NCBI GenBank assembly: GCA_040954595.2
Contig: CM082598.2
Span: 6,649,097 to 6,713,096 of the forward strand
Source: Balanoglossus misakiensis
Taxonomy: Eukaryota > Animalia > Hemichordata
DNA length: 64,000 nucleotides
Reading direction: 5' to 3'
The notes below the pieces were generated by a model, which saw nothing but the letters and a program-made list of their open reading frames with translations, had not been told where the DNA came from and searched no databases. Both the position numbers and the translations under genes were made by a program. Below, in pieces: positions 60,847-64,000 of this stretch. The stretch's first letter is position 1. Every line of letters begins with the position of its first letter.

Positions 60847-62964
60847 AAAATTCTGTGTCTAGTGGTGATACAAAAGTGGTTGCGATAGTGAAACCTAAAA
60901 CCATAGCAACCACTTCAGTGTCTACAACCAATACCACAACACAGCCACTGAAACCTGCAAACAGTTACCATGGTTACAGGGCCTAGCTCTGGTATGACCT
61001 CAAATCCTGTTGAAAGTTCATCTCCAGGTAAAGACTCCAGTGTTACTTCCCAGCCATTGTCAAATTAGGTCCGCACATAATTAGACCACCAACTTGAAGT
61101 GTGAGATATAGTAGAATTATTAAGAGTATTGCCGTGTTGATCTTCAGTACAATATGAGTTAAAGTTATGTAGCACTCTGTGATCAACGAGTTGAAAATAC
61201 AGAATGAGCTTTCGGGGACATGTAGTCCCCTTCATCAGATGTACACGTAGAATGAACAGAGAAACAGAGAATCATAGGGTATTCAAAGTAGGAAATATGT
61301 GCAGGACCAGGTGCATTTGTCTGGTTCCCTGCCCCAATCCCACCGCTGGCTGCGCTACGCTAAAAAGAAAGGGGTCAGGTACTGCCCGATTGCATACCCA
61401 GAAACCTGGGAAGACCACGTGATCATAAACAAGATGGATGCCTCCACTGTCCGTACGCCAGTCAAGATTCATCCAGGCTGTTTATTTTGTTTCGTTTGTT
61501 GTAAAGTTGGAAATCGAATGATAAACATTCATGGAGGTGAAGGAGAGAACGGAAAACGAGTATCTTACAACAACTTATCAACTTTACAACTTACTGCTCG
61601 TATTTATTGACCAATGAGAGCCATGTTTACAATAGGCCGTGCCTGACCCTTTCTCTTTAACGTAGCGCAGCCAGCGGTGTGATTGGGGCAGGGGACCAGA
61701 CTACAGGTGCATCAGAAATATTTCCTACAGTGGATTTTCTATATGAGTGACTTCATGACCGCGATATTGTGCCCTTGAGCGAGGCACTTTACTTCTCATT
61801 GCTCTTGGGAGACTGGCTTTGTAGAGGTGATTTGCACCTGTTCTAGTCTTTCTACTAGACATATTTTCTGTGTTTGCGATAGATGAATTACTGTCTAACG
61901 GGAAATTTTTGTGAACTTCACGAGAACCAAAAAATGCGTATTAAAAAGTCATGTAAAAATGTTTTTCGGGGATATTGGTGCAGTTAGTGAAATATGAAAA
62001 TGCGAAATTTAATTGTAGCGTAACAGCTGTCTCCATTGATATGCGAACATTTCTTGTCACAGAAATTTCCTGTTTTAAAGTATATAAATAAATCAACTAG
62101 ATCTTTTTATTGCAGGTGCCACACCAAGTCATCTGTCACCTGGACAACCAAGTCAAATTGGAAGTCCGTCTCCACAACAACTGTCATCCTCTCAACAGAA
62201 ACTGAGTCAGTCCCAGATGCAGGACCAAGGTCAAAGGTCATCAATGCCTTTTGCCCAGCCTACCAGTTTACCCAACCAACCAGTATCCACTGTCTCAGCA
62301 AACAGAACACAACAACCCAATGTGACTGTTTCAAGTATCCCCATGAGACAATTTTGTCCACCCAGGTACAGTTGTGGTCTACCTTCTACTTTATGAGATT
62401 CAAATTAGCTGTTTCTAGTTACCCATCCTGCGAATTAAAAGCTTTTTATGACTGTATCACACAGCCTTGTCTTACCATTGTCCATACAGTACAGTAGACC
62501 ATTTTTTCAAAACGCATTCAAAACTTCTATTTTGGTTGCTAGAAACCCACTCTGTGAATGCAAAGACTCTTTTGGATAATGCAACAGACTCAGTAATCAA
62601 ATTCAATTTTTAATGTGATTAATGTTGATAAACCCTAAAACCCAATCCCTTCCAAATGTGAGTATGTGTGTTGAAAAAAGGGACTTAGAGACTTGCAAGC
62701 TCAACATCGATTCAAAAATTGAAGTCATGAATTAAAAATGGGGTTTTGAATACTAGCCTTGATAATGCTCCATATTAACTAGGTTTGTTACTCTTTTTGG
62801 ACAGGCAACTTCACCACCAAAGATGACTTCCCAGCATGCACCAGCTGTTGCACTGAAAGCCACAGAGGGTGTCATGCAAATGGCAAATGCTAGTCAGTTC
62901 AGTAAGACGCCACCAATTGCTGCTGTGTATTCTATCAACTCACAGCCACAGCAGAGATGGCCAG
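60847..62964 (+). pseudogene. Probable remnant of a multi-exon gene encoding S/T/P/Q-rich sequence (exons ~60847-61027, 62116-62365, 62805-62964; possibly 60170-60318)
   Basis: Good splice sites (tttcAG, ttgcAG, gacAG; CCAG|GT donors) and coherent low-complexity translation (..TGPSSGMTSNPVESSSP/GATPSHLSPGQPSQ../ATSPPKMTSQ..), but two exons each need a frameshift. Confidence 0.5.
61317..61703. mobile_element. MITE with long TIRs and perfect 9-bp TSD (Mutator-like)
   Basis: TSD caggtgcat at 61308-61316 and 61704-61712; TIR t.gtctggt.ccctgccccaatc / gattggggcaggggaccagacta. Confidence 0.85.
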
Positions 62965-64000
62965 GTAATGATTCACAGCCACAACGAGGTAGGTACAGTC
63001 AAACCTGTCTACAGTGGCCAGTCAAGGGACTTTCTAAACTGGCATTTATAGACAGGTGGCTTCTATAGATGGGTCAGTTAATGTGCAATGGACATGTACG
63101 TGAACTGAAACAAAGTGGCCACTATATAGAGGTGGCCACAAACACAGATTTGACTGTCATATATGTTATGTTGCCATGGCAGTCATTTACCATGAGTTCG
63201 ATTATACATTGCCAAAACCTGAGGAAAAAAATATTCAAGTTCCCCTTTTCATATTCTCCATCAATGGTATAATACGCCAGTGTCATGACCACACACAACT
63301 TCCACCCTGCTTGTAGCCACAAGAGTGAAAAAAAACCTCACCAATATGAGCAATCGGTCTCTATCATTTATTCATTTTGGGCGAGTTTTTATGCTCATAT
63401 CATTCAAGCGGGATGGAAATTGTGTATGGTTGAACATTCATTCACTACATATACACATGTACATTAATATAAAATGTCTCTTGTAACAAACATAATGGAA
63501 AAAAGGGCAGCGAGAGAGAGACTTTGTCCCTTTAATAGAAATGTGCATGTAATATTTTATTCAAACCATCACTTCTGTCTTGAATAATCTTTCCTTAATA
63601 GAGTGGTGTACTGATTAGAGAGATGTCTTATTGACAGGTTTCACTGTATTATCAACGTTTTCAGTTCCATAATCCTTCAGTGTTTGCCAGAGAATTTCGA
63701 CAGCAGTCAAAAACTTTCTCTGCCATACTCACAATAAGAGAAAGCTTGCACCTGTGTTTTACTGTTAAATTACCATACCACAAAAAAAACAGGTTGTTTT
63801 TGCGAGCAATAAATTTTTCGCGAAATATGCGAGAACCAACAAACGTGAAAATAAAAGTCGCGTAAAATGTTTTTCGGAGATAAAGATGCAATGAAATACG
63901 AGAATATGAAAATTAATCCTCGCGTAACAGTTAGGTCTTTTAATGTCGCGAAAAATTTCCTTTCATGAAAATATTCCGTTTTACAGTCCGGTAATATTGA

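Overview
AT-rich, repeat-dense eukaryotic (invertebrate animal-like) genomic DNA with spliceosomal GT-AG introns, so the supplied ORF track is mostly noise. The main element is a + strand multi-exon ROCO gene (3403-30082; its 5' end lies upstream of the window) with the architecture ankyrin repeats - ROC GTPase - COR - death domain, i.e. DAPK1-like, with no kinase exon visible here. Its ankyrin region is built from phase-0 cassette exons, one repeat per exon. Eight near-identical copies (seven of 99 nt, one of 102 nt) sit in conserved intron flanks and were multiplied by 269-bp and ~4.3-kb duplications. They differ almost only by non-synonymous changes concentrated at or next to the ankyrin ligand-binding positions, and several 'ghost' units have lost their exon to transposon fragments. 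I infer a modular, diversifying ankyrin-ROCO receptor. The rest of the window holds a degenerate Gypsy LTR element (5' LTR plus PBS), three LINE remnants, many MITE/HINE-type elements, a 157-bp x16 satellite, a 25-bp minisatellite with an 8-mer higher-order repeat, a 142-bp repeat just after the stop codon, and a probable frameshifted multi-exon gene remnant at 60-63 kb.
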